Positions 46,488 to 56,631 of a stretch of 64,000 nt of DNA are shown one piece after another (positions within the stretch are counted from its first letter, which is position 1; every line of letters begins with the position of its first letter). The stretch spans positions 32,001 through 96,000 of the forward strand of contig JAVZLM010000008.1 of NCBI GenBank assembly GCA_038883775.1, given 5' to 3'. Below the pieces are notes generated by a model, which saw only the letters and a program-made list of their open reading frames with translations, was not told the DNA's origin and made no database searches. A program made the position numbers and the translations under genes. The stretch comes from Candidatus Bathyarchaeia archaeon (GTDB lineage: Archaea > Thermoproteota > Bathyarchaeia > Bathyarchaeales > Bathycorpusculaceae).

Positions 46488-47612
46488 ATGGAAAATATTG
46501 ATAGGATTCGTGAATTGTTTCCAGTGACCAAGAATAAGGTTTTCCTAAATCATGCTGCCCAATCGCCTCTTCCAAAACCAGTTGCTGATGCTGTTTGTAG
46601 GTATGCTGAAGATTTCTCGAATTTCGGAGACACTTCGATTGAATGGAGCGATGGCGGAAAACCATTATTTGCAAAATTGATTGGCGCGAAAACGGAAGAA
46701 ATAGCTTTTATTGAGAACACTTCTGTGGGCGTGAATATTGCCGCTAATGTGCTTCATTATTCGCCTGGGTCAAAAATTGTCACAACAGATTTGGAGTATC
46801 CTTCAGTAGTTTATCCTTGGCTTCGCAGAGGCTTAGGCGTGAAAGTGCATTACGTTAAAAATGTTAATGGCAAAATTTTGCTTGATGATGTGGAGAAGGC
46901 TGTTGACGACAAGACGGTGGCGGTTGCAGTGAGCCACGTTGAATACGTTAATGGTTTTCGAAATGATTTGCGAGCCATAAGCGAAATAGCCCACAAACAT
47001 GGGGCTTACCTAATTGTTGATGCAATACAATCCGCTGGAGCCATACCAATAGACGTTAAAAGAGATGATGTGGATTTTTTGGCAACAGCATGCTACAAAT
47101 GGCTTTTAAGCCCGCCCGGGGCTGGCTATCTATACGTGAAAGATGAGCTTATTGAAAGGTTTGAGCCGCCCTTTGTTGGTTGGGCAAGCGTGAAGCCAGA
47201 AGTATTTGAGACAATAGATTTTTGGGACATTTGGAGTTTGAGGCTTTCGGAAACGGCAAGCCGCTTTGAAGTTGGCTCACCAAGTTTCATAAGTTTAGTA
47301 GGCGCCGCAGAAGCACTGAAATTGCTGTTGAATTTTGGCATAGAAAACATTGAAAAGAGAATACTTAAACTGACGGATTATTTGATAGAGGTCATAAAAA
47401 GTTTAGGGTTGGAACTTTTCACTCCAGAAGAGCGACAACATCGTTCTGGCATAGTCTTGTTTAAAATACACAAACCGCAAGAATTCGTTGCCAAACTGCG
47501 CCAAAAAGGGATTGTTGTTTCTGCCAGAGCTCATGGAATAAGGGTTTCGCCCCACTTTTACAATACTGAAGACGAAATTGATAAGTTGATTGAAGAAATC
47601 AAGAAATTGTAA
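46488..47612 (+). CDS. Class V PLP aminotransferase / cysteine desulfurase-like
   Basis: FLNHAA, VDAIQSAG, CYKWL, RVSPHFYN. Confidence 0.9.
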   Translation: MENIDRIRELFPVTKNKVFLNHAAQSPLPKPVADAVCRYAEDFSNFGDTSIEWSDGGKPLFAKLIGAKTEEIAFIENTSVGVNIAANVLHYSPGSKIVTTDLEYPSVVYPWLRRGLGVKVHYVKNVNGKILLDDVEKAVDDKTVAVAVSHVEYVNGFRNDLRAISEIAHKHGAYLIVDAIQSAGAIPIDVKRDDVDFLATACYKWLLSPPGAGYLYVKDELIERFEPPFVGWASVKPEVFETIDFWDIWSLRLSETASRFEVGSPSFISLVGAAEALKLLLNFGIENIEKRILKLTDYLIEVIKSLGLELFTPEERQHRSGIVLFKIHKPQEFVAKLRQKGIVVSARAHGIRVSPHFYNTEDEIDKLIEEIKKL

Positions 47613-47632
47613 GCGTGTGAAAACAGAAAAGG

Positions 47633-48124
47633 ATGTTTTTGATGCTTAGGATAGAGAAGGTGGATGAAAGCAACAAACAACAGCTTATAAATTTTCTAAA
47701 ACTGGACGTTATAAAGCATGTTTTTGCAGTATATGACCTTCAACATGATCCAAACCACACAGTTATATGTGCAGCCCTTGAAAATGGAAATCTGAAGGGA
47801 TATATCCTAACTTACACGGCGCTGCAGTTTCCAACCTATGGAGTTTTCATAAAAGACGAATTGGTCTCATATGCAAGCTCTTTTCTGCAGCTTCCACAAG
47901 TTTGGATGATGGGTGGAGTTTACACTCATCCAAATCATAGGAATAAAGGATATGCAACATTAGCCACATCTGCAGTAACGGAAGAAGCATTAAAAAATGC
48001 TGATTCGGCCGCCCTATTTGTGAGGGCAGATAATTATGCAGCCATTAAAGTTTATGAGAAAATTGGTTATAGAAAAATAGGCGAAAAACTTTGGGTTGAC
48101 GTGGGAACTGGACTGAAGCCCTAA
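47633..48124 (+). CDS. GNAT acetyltransferase
   Basis: VYTHPNHRNKGYA, NYAAIKVYEKIGY. Confidence 0.85.
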   Translation: MFLMLRIEKVDESNKQQLINFLKLDVIKHVFAVYDLQHDPNHTVICAALENGNLKGYILTYTALQFPTYGVFIKDELVSYASSFLQLPQVWMMGGVYTHPNHRNKGYATLATSAVTEEALKNADSAALFVRADNYAAIKVYEKIGYRKIGEKLWVDVGTGLKP

Positions 48125-48130
48125 AAGGCG

Positions 48131-50584
48131 TTAATATTCGCTTGTGAAACTTATTTCTGGAAATTCTCTGACTTGTCTGCCCTTACCTTTTTCGGATAAG
48201 ATTTCAAGCTGCAGGATTTTGCATGTTCCAGCAATGTCTTCTTTGTTTTCGCTGATTATTCGCGCAAATTCGCTTTTTCCAGCATATGTTTTCACTCTTT
48301 TAATTGGCATGTTGAGGGGTTTTCTCTTCTCAGCCTTTTCCCTTCTAATTTCTGTTATTAAAGCCATTACTAAATCGCCTTTTCTTTCAGCTTCCTCATC
48401 CAAATTTTCCATTTTTGTTTCTGGCCAAGGTGTTAATTGTAGGCTTTTTTGTCCTATGTTTTCAGCGTATATTGTTTGGTAAATTTCCTCTGTTATGTGA
48501 GGCGTTATAGGAGCTAGCAACTGAATTATGCGGTATAGAACATTGTAGAGAGTGAACTGCACAGCCTTTCTTTTTTGTTCTCCGTAAATTTCTGGTTTGT
48601 AAAGCCTGTCCTTTACGGCTTCTATGTATTGGTCACAGAAAATGTGCCATGTGAAGTTGCGAATTTCCTCAAGTGCTGTGTTGAATTGGCAGTTTTCTAA
48701 GGCTTCCGTAACTTTTTGTGTAACCTTCTCCAGTTTGCTTAAAATCCATTTGTCTAAAAGTTGCAAGTCACCTTTCTCTTCTGCTTTATAATCCTTTAAT
48801 TGGGTGCTGGTGAATCGTGCCGCATTCCACAATTTAGTCAAGAAGCGCCTTCCATAATCCACATCTTGCCATCGGAATGGAATGTCCGAACCCGTGGCTC
48901 CACCACCAGCAGCCCATTGTCTTGTTGCGTCTGCACCATATTTTGAAAAAACTTCTAAGGAAGGCACGTAATTTCCCAAAGACTTGTGCATCATTCGCCC
49001 GTCTGTGCCTAAAACCATTCCGTTGATTAGGCAACTCTTGTAGGGTTTCTCATCAAATAAAGCGAGATGCCTAACCATCAGATAATAAGCCCATGTACGG
49101 ATAATATCAACGCCTGATGGGTGCATATCCGCCGGAAAAAGCCTCCGCCAATCCTTTCTGTCTGGCCAGCCAGCATGGACTGCGCATGTTATTGAGGAGT
49201 CAAACCATGTGTCTAAAACATCTTTTTCGGGCTTGAACTTTTTTGAGCCACATTTTGGGCATTCTGCAATTTTTGGATTTTCTATTTTTGGGTCTATGGG
49301 CAGCCATTCTGGTTCAGCTAGAATTGTTTCGCCGCAGTTTTGGCAGTACCATATTGGTATGGGCGTTGCAAAGACCCTTTGGCGGGATATCACCCAGTCC
49401 CAGTCAAGGGATTTTGCCCAGTTTATCAGGCGATATTTCATATAGTCTGGATACCACTTAACCTCTAAAGCATTCTTTTCCAGCTTATCCGTGAGGATGC
49501 GCGTCTTCATGAACCATTGTTCTCTTTCAAGAATTTCTATTGGAGTGTGGCATCTCCAGCAAACACCAACCTCCTGCGTGAGAGGTTCAGTTTTTTCTAG
49601 AAGACCATCTCTTTTTAAATCTTCTACTATGGCTTTTTTCGCTTCTTCGATGGTTAATCCAGCATATTTTCCAGCATTCTCTGTCATCCTTCCTTTCTCG
49701 TCTATGCACATTATGACTGGCAAATTATGCTTCACAACGCTTTTTACGTCAGCCTTATCTCCGTAAGTGCATATCATCACCACACCTGTTCCGAATTCGG
49801 GTTCAACAAGCTCGTCTGTGATTATTTCAACGATTCGATTGGTTGTTGGCACATGAATCTTCTTGCCAACGTACTGTTTATAACGTTCATCGTGGGGGTT
49901 TACGGCAACGGTTACGCATGCTGGAATGAGCTCTGGTCTTGTGGTGGCTATTGTTAGGAAACCGTCGCCTTCCAGTTTAAATTTGATAAAATGTAGGTTT
50001 GCAGTTCTTGTTTCATATTCTACTTCGGCATCGGCTATGGCTGTTTCGCATCTTGGACACCAGTTAACTGGATGGGTTCCACGATAAATGAAGCCTTTCT
50101 TATATAACAGAACGAAGGAGAGTTGGGTGCGCCTCCAATAGTTCGGGTCCATAGTCTTATATTCGGTTGTCCAATCTATTGAGCATCCAAGCCGGGTGAT
50201 GGCTTCCTTCATAAGCCCTATATACTTTTCCACATGCTCTTCACAGAGTTTTCTAAACTTGTCTGGTGGTAAGTCTGTCTTCTTGATTTTATGTTTCTTT
50301 TCAACCTCCACTTCCGTTGGCAAGCCGTGGCAGTCCCATCCTTGGGGAAAATAAACATTATAGCCTCTCATGCGCTTGTAGCGGGCTACTATGTCAAAGT
50401 ATGTCCAATTCAAGACTAAACCCATGTGAAACTCGCCGGAAGGATAGGGCGGAGGCGTATCAATGCTAAAAACTGGACGCTTCTCATCCTTCCAATCAAA
50501 ACGGTAAACACCCATCTCCTCCCACTTCTCTTGCCACTTCCTCTCAATTTCAATGGGATTGAATTCTTTAGGCAAAGGCTTCAT
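48131..50584 (-). CDS. valS: Valyl-tRNA synthetase
   Basis: DTPPPYPSG, GWDCHGLP, ATTRPE, DWVISRQR, DTWFDSS. Confidence 0.95.
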   Translation of the reverse strand: MKPLPKEFNPIEIERKWQEKWEEMGVYRFDWKDEKRPVFSIDTPPPYPSGEFHMGLVLNWTYFDIVARYKRMRGYNVYFPQGWDCHGLPTEVEVEKKHKIKKTDLPPDKFRKLCEEHVEKYIGLMKEAITRLGCSIDWTTEYKTMDPNYWRRTQLSFVLLYKKGFIYRGTHPVNWCPRCETAIADAEVEYETRTANLHFIKFKLEGDGFLTIATTRPELIPACVTVAVNPHDERYKQYVGKKIHVPTTNRIVEIITDELVEPEFGTGVVMICTYGDKADVKSVVKHNLPVIMCIDEKGRMTENAGKYAGLTIEEAKKAIVEDLKRDGLLEKTEPLTQEVGVCWRCHTPIEILEREQWFMKTRILTDKLEKNALEVKWYPDYMKYRLINWAKSLDWDWVISRQRVFATPIPIWYCQNCGETILAEPEWLPIDPKIENPKIAECPKCGSKKFKPEKDVLDTWFDSSITCAVHAGWPDRKDWRRLFPADMHPSGVDIIRTWAYYLMVRHLALFDEKPYKSCLINGMVLGTDGRMMHKSLGNYVPSLEVFSKYGADATRQWAAGGGATGSDIPFRWQDVDYGRRFLTKLWNAARFTSTQLKDYKAEEKGDLQLLDKWILSKLEKVTQKVTEALENCQFNTALEEIRNFTWHIFCDQYIEAVKDRLYKPEIYGEQKRKAVQFTLYNVLYRIIQLLAPITPHITEEIYQTIYAENIGQKSLQLTPWPETKMENLDEEAERKGDLVMALITEIRREKAEKRKPLNMPIKRVKTYAGKSEFARIISENKEDIAGTCKILQLEILSEKGKGRQVREFPEISFTSEY

Positions 50585-50657
50585 ACCCAACATCTCAGTA
50601 GCCATTAACTTTAGGAAAGATAAATATACGAGTAAATAACAATTACCCCCACCCAAA

Positions 50658-50753
50658 GGTTTGGGGGAGCTGGGTTATGACCCGGCTGAGAGGACGGCTG
50701 AAAGCCGTCGACCCCTAGAACCTGATCCGGATAATGCCGGCGGAGGGAAAACC
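50658..50753 (+). ncRNA. TPP riboswitch
   Basis: GGGGAGC...GCTGAGA...ACCC...ACCTGATCCGGATAATGCCGGCGGAGGGA; P1 GGTTT/AAACC; directly upstream of thiamine genes. Confidence 0.92.
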
Positions 50754-52043
50754 GTGAAAAAGAGTAAAAAGAAATTTGGCTTTAAGCTGCCTCCAGAATG
50801 GGGAGCAGATCCAGTACCATCGGAAAAGAAGATTTTGGGGTTGTTTGATTATTTCATTTTATGGTCTAGCTTGGCTGTTGGTTTGCTTGTGCTTCAGGCT
50901 GGCGGTTTGCTTGTTCCTGGCTTGTCTTTGGTTGAAGCGGTTGCTGTGGCTGTTTTGGGTTCTGTTGTTGGTTCGTTGATGTTGGCTTTGGCTGGTGGTT
51001 TAGGAAGCAAATATGGCATACCAACGATGGTGAGTTTGAGGGCGGTTTTGGGATTGAAGGGCTCTTTTGCTCCCACAATACTTAATGTGATTCAGCTTAT
51101 TGGGTGGGCATCCTTCGAAATAATAATAATGGCAAATTCAGCCATAAGCATTACAGGCTCATTTTTAGGTCCATACACTTTATACTTTTGGATTATAGTT
51201 TTTGCAGTTTGGTGTTTTCTCTTATGTGTTGGAGGACCATTAGTTGTTATAAGACATTGGTTAGAAAAATTTGCCATCTGGTTCACTTATGGAACAGCCA
51301 TCTACATAACCTACATAGTTCTTTCAAAATTCCCCCAGCTGTTGGCTTCGACTGGAGATGGCACTTTGTCCATACCACTAGCCTTAGACCTTGTTATAGC
51401 AATGCCAATATCATGGTGGCCATTAATATCAGATTATAACAGGTTTTCAAAAAGTGAAAAAGACGCTTTTCTAGGAACCCTTTCAGGCTATACTTTCGCA
51501 AACTCTTGGTTTTATGCTTTAGGCGCCTTGCTTGTTTTAGCTTATCCCGAAGAAAGCATAATTTACTCAATAGCTTCCATAACTTTTGGAGGTTTGGCTT
51601 TAACTTTGCTTTTGATGGATGAAACCGACAATTGCTTTGCAGACATATATTCTGGAGCTGTTTCTATACAAAATATCTCGCCAAAAACTAAACAACTAAA
51701 AATCGTTGCCGCAATAACCGTTGTAAGCGCTTTATTAGCAGCTTTGATGCCTACTGAATGGCAAACAGCCTATGAAGGTTTCCTATTGTATATAGGAGCT
51801 GTTTTTGTCCCTTTGCTTGGCGTTCTTGCCGTGGACTTTTACCTAATCAGAAAAAGAGCATATAGCTTAGAAGAATTTTATTCTACGAGTAAAGGTTTAA
51901 GGGTTAAGCCCATAATTTCTTGGTTTATAGGCGTAATCGTATACTTCTACTTCATATTTTACAATTATACTACATGGGGTTCAAGCATACCATCCTTCAT
52001 AATTTCCGCCTTTATGCTTTATGTTTTGGAGAAGGTGATTTGA
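50754..52043 (+). CDS. cytX: NCS1 family hydroxymethylpyrimidine permease CytX
   Basis: LNVIQLIGW, MPISWWPLISDYNR; GTG start right after the riboswitch. Confidence 0.85.
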   Translation: MKKSKKKFGFKLPPEWGADPVPSEKKILGLFDYFILWSSLAVGLLVLQAGGLLVPGLSLVEAVAVAVLGSVVGSLMLALAGGLGSKYGIPTMVSLRAVLGLKGSFAPTILNVIQLIGWASFEIIIMANSAISITGSFLGPYTLYFWIIVFAVWCFLLCVGGPLVVIRHWLEKFAIWFTYGTAIYITYIVLSKFPQLLASTGDGTLSIPLALDLVIAMPISWWPLISDYNRFSKSEKDAFLGTLSGYTFANSWFYALGALLVLAYPEESIIYSIASITFGGLALTLLLMDETDNCFADIYSGAVSIQNISPKTKQLKIVAAITVVSALLAALMPTEWQTAYEGFLLYIGAVFVPLLGVLAVDFYLIRKRAYSLEEFYSTSKGLRVKPIISWFIGVIVYFYFIFYNYTTWGSSIPSFIISAFMLYVLEKVI

Positions 52044-52044
52044 A

Positions 52045-53418
52045 ATGTTCGAAATAAGAAAAGTGCAGCGCAAAATTCCAGTGGCGATAACGATTGCTGG
52101 AAGCGATTCTGGAGGAGGCGCTGGAATTCAAGCAGACCTTAAAACCTTTGCAGCCTTAGGCGTTCACGGCACAACGGCAATAACTTCGGTTACCGCCCAA
52201 AACACCTATTCCGTTAAGGCTGTTGAAGACTTGAAACCAGAAATTATCCGCGAACAAATTAGGGCTGTGGCTGAAGATTTTGGCATAGACGCTGGAAAAA
52301 CTGGAATGCTCCACACATGGGAAATAATAGAAACTGTTGCCTCTGAAGTTTCAAAATATGATTTTCCATTAGTTGTTGACCCAGTCATGATTGCAAAATC
52401 TGGAGCGCCACTACTAAAGCCAGAAGCCATAAACGCATTAAAGAATCGTTTGCTGCCTTTAGCCACAGTTTTAACTCCAAACAAGCTTGAAGCTGAAAAA
52501 CTTTCAGAAATAGAAATTAGCAATTTAAAGAAGGCTGAAATTGCAGCTAAAAAAATTTCTGAAATGGGACCAAAGGCCGTGGTGATTAAGGGCGGACATC
52601 TAGAAGGAGAAGAAGTAACAGACATTCTCTTTTATGAGGGCAAAATTAGAAAGTTCAGCGCTCCAAGAATTGATTCAAAAACCACCCATGGAACTGGATG
52701 CAGCTTTTCCGCCGCTATCGCTGCAGGACTTGCCAAAAAATTGGATATTCCAACAGCTGTTGAAAACGCCAAAAAGCTTGTGACTTTGAGCATAAGGTTT
52801 GGCTTAGAAATTGGAAAGGGGTATGGTCCAGTAAATCCCATGGCGCATCTTTACCGTGAAGTCTCAAAATATTATGTTCTGCAGAATCTGGAAAAGTCTA
52901 AGGCTTTGCTTGAAGCAAACTCTGAAATTGCCATGCTTATCCCAGAGGTGGGCATGAACGTCGCCATGGCTATTCCCCATCCAGAAAGTGTTGAGGATGT
53001 AGCTGCCATAGACGGCAGAATAGTGAAAACAACTGAAGGCGTTAGAGCAGTTGGAAATCCAAAATTTGGCGCTTCTCGCCATCTCGCCAAATACCTTCTT
53101 GAAATTGTTAAGCATGATGAGAATAAAAGGGCGGCGATAAATCTGAAATTTTCAGAGGAAACTCTAAAGATTTTGGAAAAGCATAAAATGATAATTTCTT
53201 TCTATGACCGCACAAAAGAGCCAGAGGAAATAAAAAGGGTTGAGGGAATGAGTATACCATGGGGCGTAAAGGAAGCTATAAAGAAAACTGGAAAGGCTCC
53301 AGACGTGATTTACCATAGAGGCGACATTGGAAAAGAACCGATGATAGTGGTTTTTGGCGAAGGCGCCTACCAACTAGCTGAATTTGTTGTTAAAATTGCA
53401 AGGGAGAGCCAAAGGTGA
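52045..53418 (+). CDS. thiD: Bifunctional HMP/HMP-P kinase ThiD fused to ThiN-type thiamine-phosphate synthase domain
   Basis: IAGSDSGGGAGIQADLK, DPVM, THGTGC; C-terminal IPEVGMN, FGASRH, GKEP. Confidence 0.92.
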   Translation: MFEIRKVQRKIPVAITIAGSDSGGGAGIQADLKTFAALGVHGTTAITSVTAQNTYSVKAVEDLKPEIIREQIRAVAEDFGIDAGKTGMLHTWEIIETVASEVSKYDFPLVVDPVMIAKSGAPLLKPEAINALKNRLLPLATVLTPNKLEAEKLSEIEISNLKKAEIAAKKISEMGPKAVVIKGGHLEGEEVTDILFYEGKIRKFSAPRIDSKTTHGTGCSFSAAIAAGLAKKLDIPTAVENAKKLVTLSIRFGLEIGKGYGPVNPMAHLYREVSKYYVLQNLEKSKALLEANSEIAMLIPEVGMNVAMAIPHPESVEDVAAIDGRIVKTTEGVRAVGNPKFGASRHLAKYLLEIVKHDENKRAAINLKFSEETLKILEKHKMIISFYDRTKEPEEIKRVEGMSIPWGVKEAIKKTGKAPDVIYHRGDIGKEPMIVVFGEGAYQLAEFVVKIARESQR

Positions 53419-53993
53419 ATCAAGCTCACATTAAAAAGTTAGCCCTCGTAATAGTTTTTTCAGCTTTAGGAACAGCAATTTCGCCATTCACATGGTTTTA
53501 TGCTTTTGGAACAAAGGCAAATCCAGCACAACACATGATAAACGCCATACTTGGAGCGCTTGCAGGTCCACTCTGGGCAGCATTAGCCGCAATTATAATA
53601 GGCATCATGCGAAACATGTTGGGTGTGGGAACGATCTATGCCTTTCCAGGGGGTATACCAGGCGGCATAGTTGTTGGCATAATATACTGGGTGCTTAAAC
53701 GTTTAAAAAGAAGCGAAAAAACAGCTTTAATTTCAGCTCTCACAGAACCAATAGGAACAATACTCATAGGCGCTCCCTTAGCCCTCTTCTTAATAGCTCC
53801 ATGGATAGGACCTCAAGGCTATTCAGCAACCCTTTTAGAATTAATAGCAAATGAGGGACCAACATTTGCATTCTTAACATTTGGATTTTGGTGGGCTTTA
53901 AGCTGTGTTCCAGGAAGCATCATAGGGTTTGCAATTCTCCTAATTTTGAATAGGGTTGGAATAGATAGGGAGACTTTGTTTGGAGAGAAATAA
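53415..53993 (+). CDS. thiW: ECF S-component ThiW
   Basis: PAQHMIN, RNMLGVGTIYAFPG, EPIGT. Confidence 0.88.
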   Translation: MNQAHIKKLALVIVFSALGTAISPFTWFYAFGTKANPAQHMINAILGALAGPLWAALAAIIIGIMRNMLGVGTIYAFPGGIPGGIVVGIIYWVLKRLKRSEKTALISALTEPIGTILIGAPLALFLIAPWIGPQGYSATLLELIANEGPTFAFLTFGFWWALSCVPGSIIGFAILLILNRVGIDRETLFGEK

Positions 53994-54555
53994 ACAAAAA
54001 ATTCATTTGAAGGGCAAAGAAATTCTTGGAAAAAAAGTTTTAATTCTAGGAGAGGCTGGTTCTGGAAAAACTAGGCTGACAGCACAACTCCTTAAGGAAC
54101 TGATGCAATTAGTGAATTCTGAAAATATAACCGTTATTGATTTGGCTCCAAAAAGGGTTGGCAAGTTTGGCGGAAAACTAACAGATTATTTGGAAATAGG
54201 TGGCAAAGTTAAATATTATTCGCCAAAGCATGTTTACACGCCTAGGCTATCTGGAAAATCGCCAAAACAAATTTTGCAATATGCGGAATTGAATAAGAGG
54301 AACATGCAGCCATTATTTGACGAATTTATTCAGAATGCCACTGAGGTTCTTGTGATAAATGATATAACCCTTTATCTCCATTGCGGCGAATTAGAAACAG
54401 TTTTAGAATGCGTAAAGTTGGCTAAGACTTTCTTAGCCACCGCCTATTATGGCTCGAAGCTTGCAGAAGATTTGGGAACTGGAATAAGCTTAAGAGAAAG
54501 GCAATTAATCGATAGGTTAGCTGCTTTCATGGATTTGGTTGTCAAAATTAGTTAG
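53980..54555 (+). CDS. Small P-loop NTPase of unknown function
   Basis: Walker A GEAGSGKT; Walker-B-like VLVIND. Confidence 0.7.
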   Translation: MERNKQKIHLKGKEILGKKVLILGEAGSGKTRLTAQLLKELMQLVNSENITVIDLAPKRVGKFGGKLTDYLEIGGKVKYYSPKHVYTPRLSGKSPKQILQYAELNKRNMQPLFDEFIQNATEVLVINDITLYLHCGELETVLECVKLAKTFLATAYYGSKLAEDLGTGISLRERQLIDRLAAFMDLVVKIS

Positions 54556-55334
54556 TTTAAAAGAATTCTTTCAGCGCCTGTATAGATGTTCATTCGGTTT
54601 CCGCGTACAAACCCTATGAGGGTTAAGCCTAAATCCTTAGCAATAGCAACGCCAAAATCTAATGCTGCAGCCAAAGAGGCGATTATTGGTAAGCCAACTC
54701 TTGCCGCTTTAAGAACCATGTCGCCTGTTAACCTTCCACTTAGGGCGAGAAAGCATGTGCTAAAGTCTATTTTGTTTAGCGCTGCCGTACCAATTACCTT
54801 GTCAACGGCATTGTGACGACCAACATCCTCAGCAAAAGCAGCTAGTTCTCCGTCACTTTTGTAAATGGCGGCGACATGGACCCCGCCAGTTTTTCTAAAA
54901 GTTTCTGCAATAAAGTTCAAGTTTTTTACACTGTTTAAGATTGTTTCTGCTTTCACTTTTAGGTTTGAGTTGATTTTTGGAATTTTTCTAGAAAATGGGT
55001 AAGCAAATGGGCTTCCGCAGGCGGATGTGATTATGCGAGAAAAATGTTGCGAAAGCTTCAGCCTTTTTTCCACGTCTATATTAGATTTGATTTTGACATG
55101 GCATGTTTCGTTTTTTAGGTTTACCTCTTCTATTTCTTCCAAGAATTTCAGAATCCCTTCGGAGAGTAAGTTTCCAATGGCTAGTTCTTTTAGGTTTGAT
55201 GGAGAACAGAGAATGGTTGCGTGATGGGTTTTGTTTATGAATATGTGGAGTGGCTTTTCTTCTGCCACGTAATCCTTCACTTTATTAGCTTCTCGGGCTG
55301 AAATGTCAATTTTAACTATTTCGACCTCACGCAT
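54552..55334 (-). CDS. fdhD: Formate dehydrogenase accessory sulfurtransferase FdhD
   Basis: TSACG, FRKTGGVH, EDVGRHNAVDK. Confidence 0.93.
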   Translation of the reverse strand: MREVEIVKIDISAREANKVKDYVAEEKPLHIFINKTHHATILCSPSNLKELAIGNLLSEGILKFLEEIEEVNLKNETCHVKIKSNIDVEKRLKLSQHFSRIITSACGSPFAYPFSRKIPKINSNLKVKAETILNSVKNLNFIAETFRKTGGVHVAAIYKSDGELAAFAEDVGRHNAVDKVIGTAALNKIDFSTCFLALSGRLTGDMVLKAARVGLPIIASLAAALDFGVAIAKDLGLTLIGFVRGNRMNIYTGAERILLN

Positions 55335-55351
55335 TTTCGATACCCTCCTCT

Positions 55352-56230
55352 CTATTTTTTAACTTCAGACAATACGAAATTTACGATTTCGTCGGCAATA
55401 TTCACTTTGGTTACTGACTGCAAGCCTCTCCATCCTGGTTGACTGTTAACCTCAACAACTAATGGTCCTTTTGGGCTTTCTAGAATGTCTACGCCAGCAA
55501 TTTTGCAATCGATTAGTTTTGCAGATTTAACAGCCAAATCTTCCATAGCCTTATCAAGCGTGACTGGTTCGGGTCTGGCTCCTTGACTGTAATTTGTTTT
55601 CCAGGTGTTTGAAACACGGCGCATGGCTGCAACCACATGGTCGCCGACAACGAAGGCACGGATATCGGAAAATCCATGGTGTATAAACTCTTGGATGTAT
55701 ATGACGCCGTGATAGAAGGTTATGTTTCTAAAAATTGTTGAGGCAATTTCCGCATCCTTAACCCTTGTTGAGCCTATTCCTCTGGAGCCGAAAAGGGGTT
55801 TAACAACGACGTCTCCGCCAAGCTCATTAAACGCCTTCAAAGCTTCGTCGACGTTTTCTGTTACTGCTGTGCGTGGTACTGGAACGCCATTTTCTTCCAA
55901 AATTGCCAAAATATCATATTTATCAACGCAATGTTCAATGGCTTCAGGCGGGTTTATAACATAGAAGCCTAAACGTTGAAGCCTATAAAGCATGTCCATC
56001 CTAAAAACTATCTCTTCTAGCGAACCACGCCCGATGGGACGAATTATTAGGGCGTCTAAATCTTCTAAGAGGCTTATGTTTCCAACTTTCAAGTATGGCT
56101 TATAGCCTATGTGAGCTGTTAATTGTGGAAAGCTGAAGCAGGTGTGGGGAATTTTGCGTTTTGTTAAGGCTTGTCTAAGCTGGGATGAGCTCCAAGAATT
56201 TCTGTTTCGGGTAACAATTCCAATTTTCAA
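55352..56230 (-). CDS. RimK-family ATP-grasp glutamate ligase (MptN-like)
   Basis: VKPLFGSRG, DIRAFVVG, WKTNYSQG, EVNSQPGW. Confidence 0.88.
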   Translation of the reverse strand: MKIGIVTRNRNSWSSSQLRQALTKRKIPHTCFSFPQLTAHIGYKPYLKVGNISLLEDLDALIIRPIGRGSLEEIVFRMDMLYRLQRLGFYVINPPEAIEHCVDKYDILAILEENGVPVPRTAVTENVDEALKAFNELGGDVVVKPLFGSRGIGSTRVKDAEIASTIFRNITFYHGVIYIQEFIHHGFSDIRAFVVGDHVVAAMRRVSNTWKTNYSQGARPEPVTLDKAMEDLAVKSAKLIDCKIAGVDILESPKGPLVVEVNSQPGWRGLQSVTKVNIADEIVNFVLSEVKK

Positions 56231-56420
56231 AAGCGAAACCTTCTAATTGCTTAATCTGTGAAGATACTAGAGAAAAGAATTTAATTAACGATTTGGTGTT
56301 TCACTCAGTTTTTGGCTGTGGCTTTGAATTATGGATGATTTGCGCATAATGGAAAAAATAAGAATAGACATCACATGGAAAAGGCTGCAAAAATATTCCG
56401 TTAACAGCGATTAACAGAAG

Positions 56421-56609
56421 TCATCTAAGATTTACTGGACATTTTGGACATTTTAAATGGTAAGTTCTTTGGCTACCAAGGTGAGGTTTGGAAGCGGATA
56501 AGGCAGATTTGTGTGGGGCGGGCATAACCTCTGAAGTGCCTGGCGAAGATTGGTTTAGCCTTGAGACGTGAAATTTGTGACCGCAAATGGAACAACGATA
56601 ATTGTATGC
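56421..56609 (-). pseudogene. Zinc-ribbon micro-ORF without a start codon
   Basis: AYNYRCSICGHKF...LKCPKCP; TAA sits where a start is expected after GAGGTG. Confidence 0.45.
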
Positions 56610-56631
56610 TTAATTGCACCTCTTTCTTCTT

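Noticed and set aside
50661-50753. N-terminal extension of CytX in the ORF track
   Set aside because: It is a translation of the TPP aptamer; GTG at 50754 is the likely start.
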